A stretch of 63,908 bases of DNA, counting the filler, from Asterionella formosa (Eukaryota), in assembly GCA_002256025.1 (NCBI GenBank). It is 17 parts of 17 records of this genome, joined end to end, with 100 filler letters (N's around TTAATTAATTAA, not from the genome) between each part and the next. Parts side by side here need not be neighbours in the genome. Positions count along the whole stretch, not along the records: positions 49,662 to 51,611 come from NKIB01000781.1; positions 51,712 to 53,661 come from NKIB01000782.1; positions 53,762 to 55,711 come from NKIB01000783.1; positions 55,812 to 57,761 come from NKIB01000784.1; positions 57,862 to 59,811 come from NKIB01000785.1; positions 59,912 to 61,859 come from NKIB01000786.1; positions 61,960 to 63,908 come from NKIB01000787.1; 10 more parts are not named here. One strand, given 5' to 3'. Made by a program: the position numbers and the translations under genes. The stretch's first letter is position 1; every line of letters begins with the position of its first letter. Positions 49,562 to 63,066 of this stretch are shown here, in pieces. A model generated the notes under the pieces. That model ran no database searches, was not told the origin of the DNA, and saw only the letters and a list, made by a program, of their open reading frames with translations.

Positions 49562-51037
49562 NNNNNNNNNNNNNNNNNNNNNNNNNNNNNNNNNNNNNNN
49601 NNNNNTTAATTAATTAANNNNNNNNNNNNNNNNNNNNNNNNNNNNNNNNNNNNNNNNNNNNTCACATGCAGCCTATTGTGCTTGAAACTTTCATTGATAA
49701 AATGGTCAATTGAGTCATTGTAAAAGGAATCCTAATCAGTCTTCTTTTTTTCTTAGCTAAATTAATATTGAAATACCGATTGACCGCATCGAAATGAGGG
49801 ATTGATCGCTGTCCTTTCGATTTTCAACTTCTTCACCTCTCAGCGCATCTTGGCAGCATTCCAGTCGAAAGCTGAAGTCTGGAATGCTAAGAGATGAAGA
49901 AGTCGAAAATATCAAATTGTGGCGATTTGATAATTTCGGAAATTCATCACTCATATGTCTGTTTGTAGAAATCTTTGTAGGCTTTGTTCTCCCTGCAATC
50001 ACAACATGGTAAAGCCAGTAGCACAGTGAACAACACAACTTCACCGTAAATATTACATCATCACACACCTCTAGAATCTTGATCCTTGCCCTCCTTTTAT
50101 CTGGCATGAGTGCTTCGTTTTTTGTCGTTCAGAGTGCACATCACAGGTTGATTTTTAGGCAGTCGCTTGGAGCTGAGGGAATTGTGCACAGTGTCCCTGA
50201 TGTGACAATAAAACAGAGTAACTTTACAACAGCAAGTGATGAGCAACAGACCGGATGTTGTCACACAACTTTGTCCACCAGCATCTCACTCAGTCATCCA
50301 TTTTCATTCCTCTTCTTTCTTGTGGAAGCAGTGATAACGATGGTATGGGGATTTGGTTGATTTGCATGAAAAAGTTGCACAATGGAAATCGTAATATTCC
50401 TCAAGTCAGACATTGGTAACACACAAGGAACTGATTGGCGAAGGTTTCAAGCAACACAATAATTAGTAGAGCAGCAGGGACAAGGGAAGCAACAAAGATG
50501 TTATTCTATCTTACAGCTACTAGTATAGCAATGGAGGAGTGGTGGCAAATGCGATTCTCAGATGGATTGTTTGGAGATATACTTTCTATTCATCAATTTC
50601 ATGCAAATTATCTAGCGAACAGCCTACTGATGCATCAGATCGTCAAAGTGCCCCAAAACATATAATACTAGCTAGCTTATCATTATTTCCTATAGTTTGC
50701 TATCATCAATACCCTGTTGATAAGGTCACCAACACTACCAAAAGCGCCATCATTGTCAATCAATTGATTGATTTAGCATTGCTTGTGGTTTTGTTGAGGT
50801 TGATTGTGCTCAACAGGTATGTCAATGGCCGATTTTTCCAAAATAAGAAAGGAGTAACATAAAGTACTATAGGTATTTGTTGAGAGACTCAACTAAAATT
50901 TTGGTCAAGCTCGAAAAAGAAGTTTTACCTTTAGGAGAAACCGACTAGAACAACTCGGAAAATACAAATGTTTGACAATGGCAAAGGTTGCATGTGTTTT
51001 ATCTAACATCACATGAACATATATACTATGAAGATGA

Positions 51038-51403
51038 GGGAATGGCTTAGTGGTTAAGCACGTTGCCTTTGATCTGAGGTTGTGAGGTTTGATTCCTGCA
51101 ATTTTTTTGAGAAGCAATTGTTGGGTTCTTTGACTCCCACACTCCTCCTTACCATCCTACACGGTCTTGTATGGTGTGCAAGAAATAGTGGGTTTCCCCC
51201 CTACAGGCAACTTGTGCCACCTTCCTAGGCGGTTGGAGTTTCCCCTAATGCTGCGGCTAAGATGATCACCTTTCAAGAAAGGTGGCTGGGGACTCACATA
51301 TGCTAACAAAACTAGGGAAGCACAGGTCTTGTTGGCAGGTAGCACAATGAAATATTTGCCTTGAAAGAGGGGAGTACAAATGGACTATAAAACATACTAA
51401 CCT
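51038..51403 (+). mobile_element. tRNA-derived SINE, 366 bp, perfect 16-bp TSD
   Basis: A box TGGCTTAGTGG (51043-51053), B box GGTTTGATTCC (51086-51096). TATACTATGAAGATGA at 51022-51037 and 51404-51419. Two homologues elsewhere in the window. Confidence 0.85.
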
Positions 51404-52229
51404 TATACTATGAAGATGATTTACCAAAGTGCAGTCAGCTTCGAACAGTTTCGAAATGGACCCAAAAATCCTTCCACAATCACTCACATGAATCATCAGG
51501 AAAGGGTCAAAGTTGAAAAGAAGGTGCACAAAAAATGTGGGTTGCTGGACCTCTGGGGGACGAATTGTTCACATCAAGGAGGATTGAGCACATGCATCCT
51601 TTTGTGCTTCANNNNNNNNNNNNNNNNNNNNNNNNNNNNNNNNNNNNNNNNNNNNTTAATTAATTAANNNNNNNNNNNNNNNNNNNNNNNNNNNNNNNNN
51701 NNNNNNNNNNNCTTTCTGATTCCTATGTACCAGTAGTACTCAATAAGAGTGTTTTTAAACTCGATTGTTACCACAAAAACTATTTTCTATTACTTTTGTT
51801 GATCCTATAATTAGCGGTACTAGCTACCGGTGCCAGGTACCACCTAAAAACTGCTTTAAACCTCTGACGAAATTATTTTACCGCTTTGAACCTATACGTA
51901 GAATAACAAGTTTTGTCACGTATTTCTGATAGTTTACAAATCTGAAACGATCCATCTGTAGCTGAGCATGTAGCACTTCTCTGTGTATGAACGAGCTACA
52001 CTGAACATTCATTTGTGTAATCAATATTTATACATGAAAGTGTCAATAGACCTTTTTTGGACAAAATAGCGGTTTACCACAACCTCAGAGTATTGTGGCA
52101 TATGTACACATACATGAATTGGGTAAACCTTATTATCATATATTTATTTCTTAGATCGCGCATAAATTAATTTAGTCCCATAGTTACTGTACCAAATGAG
52201 TTACTAATTGATGGCGCGCTCATCACAAA

Positions 52230-53420
52230 ATGCAACTTGCCAATTCGCATGTTGAGGGAAAATCAATTATGACAAAAGTGAACAACTGGAGACGGAAACA
52301 CTGTAGCACATTCAAACAAATTCATAAGGAGGGAGCAGGCTCAATCTTTCTGGGACCTGGCTACTGGAGAGGATTCATGCAGAGAAATGGGCATCTTGTG
52401 AAAGCAAATAGAAGAGTCAAATTTGACGTCAAACAATCTGAGTGGTGGTGTACTTTCCAGAGGCTGTTCAGCAGATGTACGACGATGTGATGAGGAGCTG
52501 GCCAAGACTGGAATTGCAAAAAAATTGAAACAGCCAGCTTGGTTCACTCAAGAAGGGAGCATTGTTCAACTGGAAGAATTATCATTTGGGTTAAAGTCAC
52601 AATACAAACTCCGGCACCCTGATATATTCATATTTGTTGATGAGGTGGGAAGCAATACAAGTCAAACCAAGGATAGCCACTATGGAGGGGAGAAACACTT
52701 GGTACTTGGTGCAGCTGCAAGGCCTCAACAAAGAAAGATGCCCATTTCACTGTCCTGGGATTTACGGCTTCCACCGGGGAACCCCTAGCTAATGTGCGCC
52801 ATAATCTTCGCTGCAAAGGAACTGGAGTATGGTTGGGTGCAAGGACTGGATGTATTTGCAGACTGGGTGGGGGAAGAAGATGACCTGAAATTAAATACAG
52901 GGGGTGAGGGGAAACGATATCCACAGGGTCCTGTGTGTGAGTTCAAAGGCAAAATACTACCAACCATGTGCTGTTGCTCTGAAAGTGGGTGTATCACTGC
53001 AGATCTCCTTGTTGCTATGCTGAAAGTCTTTGATAAAAGTGAAGTGTTTCTTGAAAGAACTGATGGCATTGCTCCCTTTCTACTCCTTGATGGACATGGC
53101 TCACGTTTCGACTTAACTTTCTTGGAATATCCAAACAATCCTGCTAGCCCATGGAGTGTATGTATTGGCGTGCCTTATGGCACCTCATATTGGCAAGTTG
53201 GAGATTCCAGCCAGCAGAATGGAAGTTTCAAGATGAACATTGGTAAAGCAAAGAAACACATACTTGCAAAAAAGTCGAAGGCAGACCTCCCATAAGTAAT
53301 TGAAAAATACGATTTCATCAGCATTGTAAATTCGGCTTGGCGATTCTCCTTTTACAAAATCGGATCAAATTCACATGCAATATCTGAACGAGGCTGGGGA
53401 CCACTTAACTACAATTGCTT
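52230..53420 (+). mobile_element. Degenerate pogo/Fot1-like transposase (DD37D spacing)
   Basis: YWRGFMQRN, FVDEVGSN, LLLDGHGSR-x-YWQVGDSSQQNGSFK. Frameshifts and stops. Confidence 0.75.
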
Positions 53421-53761
53421 GCTGGAGGCAGAAATACAGCTGACATTGTGTGGAGACAAACATCTAATTGGCAACACAAATCTGCGCCCTCATGATTTGA
53501 ACCTTTCTACCGGACGACTTTCTGGAATGCTGACAGATTCAAAAATCGAAATCGCGAGAGTGCAAGGAATGGAGTTAATGCGACAGAGCAGATATGAAAG
53601 CGAAAGGCAGCAGCACAAACAGCCATCGACAATCACAAGAAACTTTCCTCAGGGTTGCTTTNNNNNNNNNNNNNNNNNNNNNNNNNNNNNNNNNNNNNNN
53701 NNNNNTTAATTAATTAANNNNNNNNNNNNNNNNNNNNNNNNNNNNNNNNNNNNNNNNNNNN

Positions 53762-55711
53762 TGATACCTTTTGCTTCAGCAATTGCCACCCTGTTCTTTT
53801 CATTCAAAGCCAAGTTCTGAAGTGCTGCACATCCATAGTGTTGCATATTGATATTAAATGGATGACTTTCCATCCGAGACACAATCATAGCAGTACCTCC
53901 TTCATCATTAATCATCACCTGGTTGTTGTCATTCTCAGCCAATTTCCAAAGTGCTGCACAACCATACTCTTGCACATCCGCCCTGGAGGAATGAGTTATC
54001 ATAGCTTCAAGAATTGTAGTGATACCTCCTGCTTTGGCAATTGCCATCCTGTTCTTGTCATAATTCACAGCCAAATTCTGAAGTGTTGCACAACCATTTT
54101 GTTGCACATCGGCATTACTCGGATGAGTCTTCATAGCAGAAAGAATCATTGCGATACCTCCTGCATCAGCAATTGCCACGCCAACGTCCTGAAGTTTACT
54201 AATGATATCCGCCCAACAACGATGGCGCTCTTCTGGATTTCTCTTCAGCAACCTTATAAGCAGAGGTTTCATGGGATTCCAGTCATTGTTGTCCCGCACA
54301 TAGGTATCGACCTTTTTAACACAATCTCTGTCACTCCAATTTACTATTTTGCTTAGCTCATCCAGCTCCACTTCTTCACGAACATCCATAACAAAAAGTT
54401 GTTTACCAGTGCAGAGATAATAAAGAAGGACTCCAAAGCACCACATGTCATATTCATGACTGGCTTGAACTTTCGGAGGACTCTCACCATGTTCCTTGTT
54501 TAGCTTATGGTACTCAACAGCAGCCTGTTCGGGAGGCAAGTATCCAGAGCTTGTTTGCTTCTGACCAGCATCTTCCAAGCCAATTAATGCCGCATTGTCA
54601 AGATCGATTGCAGCATATCCAACACCCTCACCACAAGACACAAAATTTCGAGCCTTCACATCTCCGTGCATAACATTACACTCTTCATTAAGAAACTTAA
54701 GGCACTTGGCAATTTGGATTGCAATGTAACGCACTGCATGCACGTCCTTGCCTGCAATGTTTTGACGTGATATAACATCACTGAGGTCATTCTTATTCCC
54801 ACAATCCATGACTAGGAGATGATTGAATTCAATGTCTCCTTGTTTCCATTCGATTGTCTGGTTACAGTCAAACTTAGTATGCGGATAAGCAGATGCATTC
54901 AGCCCTTTCTTGCTGTCTGTATATGCAGCTCTCACAGTAATTACAAATTGGGTTGCACCAACTTTGCTCCTGATAAAGTCCCGCTTTTCCAATTCACGCA
55001 GGAAGGCGGAACTGACTTTGAAGAACTTGAGAGCTACATTGGTTTCTTTCCTGTTTTCAGATTTATCATTAAATTCTGTTCCAAAATAAACGACACAGCT
55101 ATCTGACAAATGCTTCTTCTCCTGTATTTGATATTTTCCAAGAAACCTTCCGTATTTCTCACCCCACTCTCTGAGCTTGGGATGTGTGGACAACTTTGCC
55201 CTATCAGCAACCTTTTGCCATGTTTCTTTTTTAACTTGAGCAATGGACTGAAACGACGCTACTTTCGTTGCGCTATGTTTACAGATTGAGATTTCCAGCT
55301 GATCTTGTTCTTTGGACCCTCTCAGCTGTTCCTCTATCTGGAAGAATATATTGGCCGCATCAGCCGTTCCAAGATCCACCAAGATTTCCAAAACAGTCCA
55401 GTTAGTTATTGGTTCATGATTCAAATCGAGGAGTGGGAGAGTCCTGCTTCGATCAAATTCATTGATGGCGAGCACCCAAAAGAAAATGCCCAGCCGCTCT
55501 GGAACAAAGAAATAGCTCAGCCCATCTGAAACTTTCTCAGCTTGGGGTGTGTCTAGCATGCACAATTGCTTGAGGTCCCCAACATCATTGAGGGATGCAC
55601 ACAAAAGCCGCAAAACCTTATACCAAATTTCAATAGGAATCAACAGTTTCTTTTGCAACTCGTACTGTTCGAAAGACAGATTGCCATCTCCAAAATCAAG
55701 GGTTGCATATT
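53762..55711 (-). CDS. Protein kinase domain + armadillo repeats (partial at both ends)
   Basis: VALKFF, HGDVKARN, IDLD (DFG position), GYLPPE, DMWCFG, then repeated GGI..IL.AM..H....VQ..GC.AL.NLA units. Confidence 0.85.
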
Positions 55712-55811
55712 NNNNNNNNNNNNNNNNNNNNNNNNNNNNNNNNNNNNNNNNNNNNTTAATTAATTAANNNNNNNNNNNNNNNNNNNNNNNNNNNNNNNNN
55801 NNNNNNNNNNN

Positions 55812-57761
55812 AATATGCAACCCTTGATTTTGGAGAGGGCAATCTGTCTTTCGAAAAGTACGAGTTGCAAAAGAAACTGTTGATTCCTATTGAAATTTGG
55901 TATAAGGTTTTGCGGCTTTTGTGTGCATCCCTCAATGATGTTGGGGACCTCAAGCAATTGTGCATGCTAGACACACCCCAAGCTGAGAAAGTTTCAGATG
56001 GGCTGAGCTATTTCTTTGTTCCAGAGCGGCTGGGCTTTTTCTTTTGGGTGCTCGCCATCAATGAATTTGATCGAAGCAGGACTCTCCCACTCCTCGATTT
56101 GAATCATGAACCAATAACTAACTGGACTGTTTTGGAAATCTTGATGGATCTTGGAACGGCTGATGCGGCCAATATATTCTTCCAGATAGAGGAACAGCTG
56201 AGAGGGTCCAAAGAACAAGATCAGCTGGAAATCTCAATCTGTAAACATAGCGCAACGAAAGTAGCGTCGTTTCAGTCCATTGCTCAAGTTAAAAAAGAAA
56301 CATGGCAAAAGGTTGCTGATAGGGCAAAGTTGTCCACACATCCCAAGCTCAGAGAGTGGGGTGAGAAATACGGAAGGTTTCTTGGAAAATATCAAATACA
56401 GGAGAAGAAGCATTTGTCAGATAGCTGTGTCGTTTATTTTGGAACAGAATTTAATGATAAATCTGAAAACAGGAAAGAAACCAATGTAGCTCTCAAGTTC
56501 TTCAAAGTCAGTTCCGCCTTCCTGCGTGAATTGGAAAAGCGGGACTTTATCAGGAGCAAAGTTGGTGCAACCCAATTTGTAATTGCTGTGAGAGCTGCAT
56601 ATACAGACAGCAAGAAAGGGCTGAATGCATCTGCTTATCCGCATACTAAGTTTGACTGTAACCAGACAATCGAATGGAAACAAGGAGACATTGAATTCAA
56701 TCATCTCCTAGTCATGGATTGTGGGAATAAGAATGACCTCAGTGATGTTATATCACGTCAAAACATTGCAGGCAAGGACGTGCATACAGTGCGTTACATT
56801 ACAATCCAAATTGCCAAGTGCCTTAACTTTCTTAATGAAGAGTGTAATGTTATGCACGGAGATGTGAAGGCTCGAAATTTTGTGTCTTGTGGTGAGGGTG
56901 TTGGATATGCTGCAATCGATCTTGACAATGCGGCATTAATTGGCTTGGAAGATGCTGGTCAGAAGCAAACAAGCTCTGGATACTTGCCTCCCGAACAGGC
57001 TGCTGTTGAGTACCATAAGCTAAACAAGGAACATGGTGAGAGTCCTCCGAAAGTTCAAGCCAGTCATGAATATGACATGTGGTGCTTTGGAGTCCTTCTT
57101 TATTATCTCTGCACTGGTAAACAACTTTTTGTTATGGATGTTCGTGAAGAAGTGGAGCTGGATGAGCTAAGCAAAATAGTAAATTGGAGTGACAGAGATT
57201 GTGTTAAAAAGGTCGATACCTATGTGCGGGACAACAATGACTGGAATCCCATGAAACCTCTGCTTATAAGGTTGCTGAAGAGAAATCCAGAAGAGCGCCA
57301 TCGTTGTTGGGCGGATATCATTAGTAAACTTCAGGACGTTGGCGTGGCAATTGCTGATGCAGGAGGTATCGCAATGATTCTTTCTGCTATGAAGACTCAT
57401 CCGAGTAATGCCGATGTGCAACAAAATGGTTGTGCAACACTTCAGAATTTGGCTGTGAATTATGACAAGAACAGGATGGCAATTGCCAAAGCAGGAGGTA
57501 TCACTACAATTCTTGAAGCTATGATAACTCATTCCTCCAGGGCGGATGTGCAAGAGTATGGTTGTGCAGCACTTTGGAAATTGGCTGAGAATGACAACAA
57601 CCAGGTGATGATTAATGATGAAGGAGGTACTGCTATGATTGTGTCTCGGATGGAAAGTCATCCATTTAATATCAATATGCAACACTATGGATGTGCAGCA
57701 CTTCAGAACTTGGCTTTGAATGAAAAGAACAGGGTGGCAATTGCTGAAGCAAAAGGTATCA
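55812..57761 (+). CDS. Second near-identical copy of the kinase-ARM CDS (partial; frame open from 55814)
   Basis: Reverse-complement duplicate of 53762-55711 with the same contig boundaries. Confidence 0.85.
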
Positions 57762-57861
57762 NNNNNNNNNNNNNNNNNNNNNNNNNNNNNNNNNNNNNNN
57801 NNNNNTTAATTAATTAANNNNNNNNNNNNNNNNNNNNNNNNNNNNNNNNNNNNNNNNNNNN

Positions 57862-59075
57862 ATGACTACACGACTATATTTGGAAAGGAACCAAAGAAAG
57901 CCTCAACGCCGGGATTCCCGGGAACGGTCCTAAGTAAGAACCGAGGAGAGACGATCAAGAATAAGGAATATCGCTCCCTCGTTGGAAAGATACTTTACTT
58001 CGTGAAGAAAATATCGCCAGTATGCGCCAACGCATGTCGTGAATTGTCACAGCACCTCGACAACCCAGGCGAAACGCACTGGCAAGCATTGGAACGCCTA
58101 CTCGGGTATTTGTGTCTACATGGGGACATTGCATGCAGAATGAAACTACGTGCGCCCAACGAGCTACGTATACAAGATGTCGTGGACAGCGCCTTCGCCT
58201 CTAATCCTGATACACGAAAAAGTGTCAGCGGTTATTTAGGCACGATCGGAGGGTGCGCCCTAATTCACTGGATATCAAAAGGACAGGATATCGTAACGCA
58301 ATCAAGCACCGAGTGTGAATATGTCGCACTCAGTAACGGCTCAAAGGAAACTGTCTTCGCAACGAATCTACTGGGCGAAATAACCACTATCGTGATGCCT
58401 AGTCTAATGGGTGAGGACAATACCGGTGCGATTTATTTAACGAAAAATCATCAGGTCGGGGCACGTACAAAACACATCGACGTTAGATACCACTATGTAC
58501 AAGAACAAGTCGAAAACGGAACGATTAAGGTTGACTACGTCAATACGGAAAAGAATCCAGCAGATGTTCTAACTAAAAATGTCACGGACAAGATTATGAA
58601 CATGCACGGATATGCGATCCAAAACGGGATGATGGATTGTTGGAACAAGGAGAGTGTTAAAGTGAGCTCATCTACGTAGTTAGGACTCGGAGTCAAACGA
58701 GTCAAACGATTCGAATGAGTCCACTTTGATGTACCAAGCTCTCATCAACCACACATTATACTTTGCTACTCCGAATATAATGAGCCGGACAACATAAGCT
58801 ATTTCGGAAGACCGATAGTTTGAAATGAATGATCATGGTTAAATACCTATGATCAGTAAGTGTGAGATAGACATGGGTCTATCTATGATTGTATGTTCCT
58901 AGAAATGCAAACAGCATTTGGAGAATAGTTCGTTTGTTTTGTTCAAACAGAACAACCTAAACTAGATTAGTAAACTCACAATAAGAATATAGAAACGGAA
59001 AGAGAAACGAACGTCTCTATCTATAGTCTTCTTTGTCTAACGATATAGATCTATACAAAAGATAATACTTTAACA
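57862..59075 (+). mobile_element. Ty1/Copia 3' part (RT end, RNase H, PPT, 3' LTR 58655-59075)
   Basis: YRSLVGK, VDSAFA..RKSVSG, SSTECEYVAL, EDNTGAI, TKHIDVRYH. PPT AAGGAGAG. LTR with a 9-bp terminal IR (TGTTAAAGT...ACTTTAACA). Confidence 0.9.
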
Positions 59076-60194
59076 CCCTGGTGCCGGTACCAGGTACCCT
59101 GGCACTGGGTATCGTACTGCACTACCGTTAGCATCACATACATCTCTAACATCCATCAAGTCACATCGATCCAGCAGATTTTACTACGGTACGAGGGTAC
59201 TGGTAGTAAATGCAGGAGATTCTTTAGATTTCATCAGATTTGATGTAACAACAGATAGCCTAGTACCTGGTACCAGGGTACCAGTACATAGTGTAGAGTC
59301 TAGAATACCGGTAAAAGTGGAAACGCATGTATGAATCGGTTTTGTCTCAAGCAATCTCAAATTCGACTCCTCGTACTGTACTATGTAGCCTGACGACACG
59401 TAGCAACAGATATCTGTAAAATCAAACAAGTTGCTTTAATCTTTCTGCTATGATATGAATGTCAGGATAAGATGCAACGGAGAGTCTGGTAAACTTGCTT
59501 GAAATAAATATTAAGCTTCACTACAGACAGCATTGAGATATACAGAGGAATCCGAGGATAACAAACAGCTTAAAATGAAGGTGATGGATTCATTCAAGAC
59601 AGACATCATGATGCTATCATGTTAGTAAAAAAGGAAGGAGTAGATGTTTCCGAAGTGGTATGCTAGAATTGGATTTGGCAGGAATTTTTTACCGTCTGTC
59701 CTACCTACCTACAGTAGAATAATATATCAGGTAGTCATGATTTTGCATTTAATCTTTTGATATTGCATTCACAGGTTACTGAGCCCTTTTTGCGGTTGCT
59801 TGACCCCTCAANNNNNNNNNNNNNNNNNNNNNNNNNNNNNNNNNNNNNNNNNNNNTTAATTAATTAANNNNNNNNNNNNNNNNNNNNNNNNNNNNNNNNN
59901 NNNNNNNNNNNAGCTCGAATGTTCCATCAGTTCTCTCTGTTGCACCTGTAGATAAAGTGCTTATTGGGTAGTCTAACCCCAAGTAGGAGTAGCAGATAGT
60001 CTACCTATGTAATAAACCAACTCGCGAAAAAGTTATTTGCTCTTTAGTATATTACTTACTTACTTACTTACTTACACCTGTTGTATACATGGTGCTCCTC
60101 CAAGTTGGTCGTACATATCATAGACAGCATTGTAAATTATATGAACGGTGTGTTCACGAATAAATACCGGTACTACATACGACCAGGTACCTGT

Positions 60195-61859
60195 TGAGCG
60201 ATCCTGCACATCGATATAGATGTATATAGGGTTAGGGTTATATCAAATATATCAGAACTCGACTAACACCTATTGTATCCTTAAATGTCAACTTGGGATA
60301 CATAAGATTAATTAGCTCATATATTCAACAAATACTACTACTTCTAGTTAGATACTTCACTTTGAATTCAAAAAGAGTCCAATTAGAAGAAAACAAACAT
60401 GGCAATGTATTCAAGGGTTCCTGTCATTCCTTTGATCAAAGATTACAATGTATTGACTATCAAGACTAAAACATTCAGAGTTGCTTTAACCGGTGGAAGG
60501 TTTGAATCTTTTGATCAAGATATAATCAATGGAAGCTCTGTGGAAGCATTGTTGATTGGAGTGAATCAATTTCGTGACATGGCTAACACATGTGCCTTTA
60601 GCCCTGCAGATACCTTTTCCTACTTTAAAAGGTGTTTAACTGACATTGCCTTATCAGATTGGTTGAATGTGGAAGTACACCCAGAAGATCAATCCTACGA
60701 TAGTTTTGATGAAGCAATGACTTTATTGTTAGATGATCGTTTACCAAACAAGAGTTTTCAACGTCAACGACAATGGATGCTATGCTACTTGTCTAAACCC
60801 TTTTCTACGAGTATTATTTGATAGTGGAGGATCCTTATCCTTAATAAATGAACGGGTTGTGCCTCAAGGTATTTCTTTGTCTAACGACACTTCCCAATTA
60901 ATACATACCATAGCTGGTACTTATTCATCTCATGTCAGTGTTATTTATATGACCTGATTCTACCTGAATTTAATCGATCTGCTCGTGTTTTACAACAAAA
61001 GTGTCAAGTTTTTAATGGTCTATGCACATTTGATGCTATTTTAGGACGTGATTTCCTTCGTCAAGTTGGTTTAACCATTGATTTCGTAAATAACACCATG
61101 TCCTGTATGGATATGACTGTTCCTATGCATTCTCTCACATTGCTTCTTTGATGATGGAGAACGTTTACGTGATGTATTATTATATTTTGATGCACCTATG
61201 ATTGTGGAATCTTCATATGCGCTGGAAATTAAAGCTGCTGAATATAATTATGTGAATATTGATACAGTGGTGAATAAACAGATGCATTTAACAACAATGC
61301 AACGATCATGTTTGCGAACTATATTGGTTACATATCAAACATTATTTGATGGAAAATTAAAAGTTTATCCTCATAAACAGGTACATTTGGAATTATTATC
61401 AAATGCCATCCCTCGTCATCAACGAGCGTATCCTGTCGCTCATATTCATTTAGAAGTTTTCAAAACCGAATTACAACGGTTGTGTGATATTCTTGGAGTC
61501 CTACAAAAATGTGGTGCCTCTAAATGGGCGTCTCCCACTTTTATTATTCCTAAAGGGATGGAAGTGTCCGATGGGTATCAGATTTTCGTGAACTCAATAA
61601 AGTCATCAATCGCAATATATATCCGTTGCCTCGGATACAAACAATTCTCACTAAACGTTCTGGATATGTATTCTTCACCAAATTGGATGTTTCTATGCAA
61701 TACTATGCTTTCGCTTTAATTGTGGAGAGTCAAAATTTATGCGTTATTTCCACTCCATTTGGTTTATATAAATATTTACGTCTCCCTATGGGGGTGAAAC
61801 AATCATCTGATATAGCACAAGAAACTATGGAACAGATTCTTAGTGATTTAGATGATGTG
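60195..61859 (+). mobile_element. Second Gypsy copy (5' LTR 60195-60359, gag-pol with an internal deletion)
   Basis: Colinear with 5983-10126 but lacks the LTR insertion and ~1.19 kb of gag. Confidence 0.92.
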
Positions 61860-61961
61860 NNNNNNNNNNNNNNNNNNNNNNNNNNNNNNNNNNNNNNNNN
61901 NNNTTAATTAATTAANNNNNNNNNNNNNNNNNNNNNNNNNNNNNNNNNNNNNNNNNNNNCC

Positions 61962-62297
61962 TTTACTTGGAATCCAGGTCAAATTGATTGGAGCACGACA
62001 GCTGGTGGTGGAAAGACGTACAAGTACTCCACACAAGCGAATGTCATCAATCGTGTGACTGATCCTATTCAATGTCTTCCTGCCAATATGGGAATACGCA
62101 TCAATTTATGGAATAGCAAGGGTTCAGTTGCACCATTTGGAAGGAATGACAAATACAAAGTTGAAGTCACTATTAGTGATTTCACCTTTACTCCCTCGGT
62201 GCTCACTTCTGTTCCCAATGGTGGATATTGCTCAAAAGATTGTATGTGCAGTGCTAGTTCCAAGTGTCTCAATAACAAATGTGTTGCACGAACATAG
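61962..62297 (+). CDS. C-terminal part of a probable GH16/ConA-like glycoside hydrolase with a Cys-rich tail
   Basis: Frame open from the contig start: FTWNPGQIDW...IRINLWN...VEVTISDFTFTP, then CSKDCMCSASSKCLNNKC. Catalytic ExDxE not in view. Confidence 0.5.
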   Translation, partial: FTWNPGQIDWSTTAGGGKTYKYSTQANVINRVTDPIQCLPANMGIRINLWNSKGSVAPFGRNDKYKVEVTISDFTFTPSVLTSVPNGGYCSKDCMCSASSKCLNNKCVART

Positions 62298-62836
62298 ATC
62301 AAAAAGTTGAAACCAATAGTGAGGGGGGGATTTTTTCTAGTCATCTCTTAGATTAGGGTCAGGAGATGGCGCCTACCAGTAGCACATGGTACCAGTTACC
62401 GTACAACTAATCCTATGGAAGCACTGGTATAGAAAGCATTGCTGCATTTGAACCCCTAGGCAAAAATTAAAATATTGCTTAGGCCGTTGCTAACGGTGGA
62501 CCAAAACCAAAACCAAACAGTGTTTAGGTTTCGGTAACCCTAAAAAACGATGCTAACGGGAGTGAAAAACCCAACGCAAACGCATTACGTTTAGGGGATT
62601 CCGTGCCCATATCCCAATAAGTTACCCAAACGCATTACGTTTAGGTTTTTTTTTCCCAAAGTTACCTAAACGTAGGATTCCATGTTGACTACTTTGAATG
62701 TAGTCACTAGAAACCCAATAATTATCGTCGTAGAATCACTACATATAGGACGGAGCATACCGGTATATATCATATCTATATATACAACAATAGCTATACG
62801 GTAAGTACTCTGTACCAGGGTACCACACTGGCGAGA

Positions 62837-62870
62837 ACAACAACAACAACAGCAACAGCAACAACAACAA
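62837..62870 (+). repeat. (CAA/CAG)n microsatellite
   Basis: acaacaacaacaacagcaacagcaacaacaacaa. Confidence 0.85.
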
Positions 62871-63066
62871 ATCATCGCAGCACTTTGGATCTACTTTCGA
62901 AGAAGTTACAATGACTATTACTCGACAATCAAATTAGACCTACTCAATTCACAAGCTAGAGCGTTGTACGATTGAAAAGGTCGCTTCAATTTGCCATCAT
63001 CACATCCAGTATTGGTATAGCTAGAGATGTAATCATAAAGATCAAACTACAAAGCAAACGACATAT

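Noticed and set aside
51038..51110. Functional tRNA gene
   Set aside because: No convincing acceptor or anticodon stems; embedded in a TSD-flanked dispersed repeat, so called a SINE head.
53762..57761. Giant inverted repeat or head-to-head gene pair
   Set aside because: Two separate contigs with identical boundaries placed in opposite orientation (haplotigs or paralogues).
31077..61959. Regularly spaced TTAATTAATTAA palindromes, and apparent gene neighbourhoods across contigs
   Set aside because: Artificial linker joining similar-length contigs; adjacency has no biological meaning.
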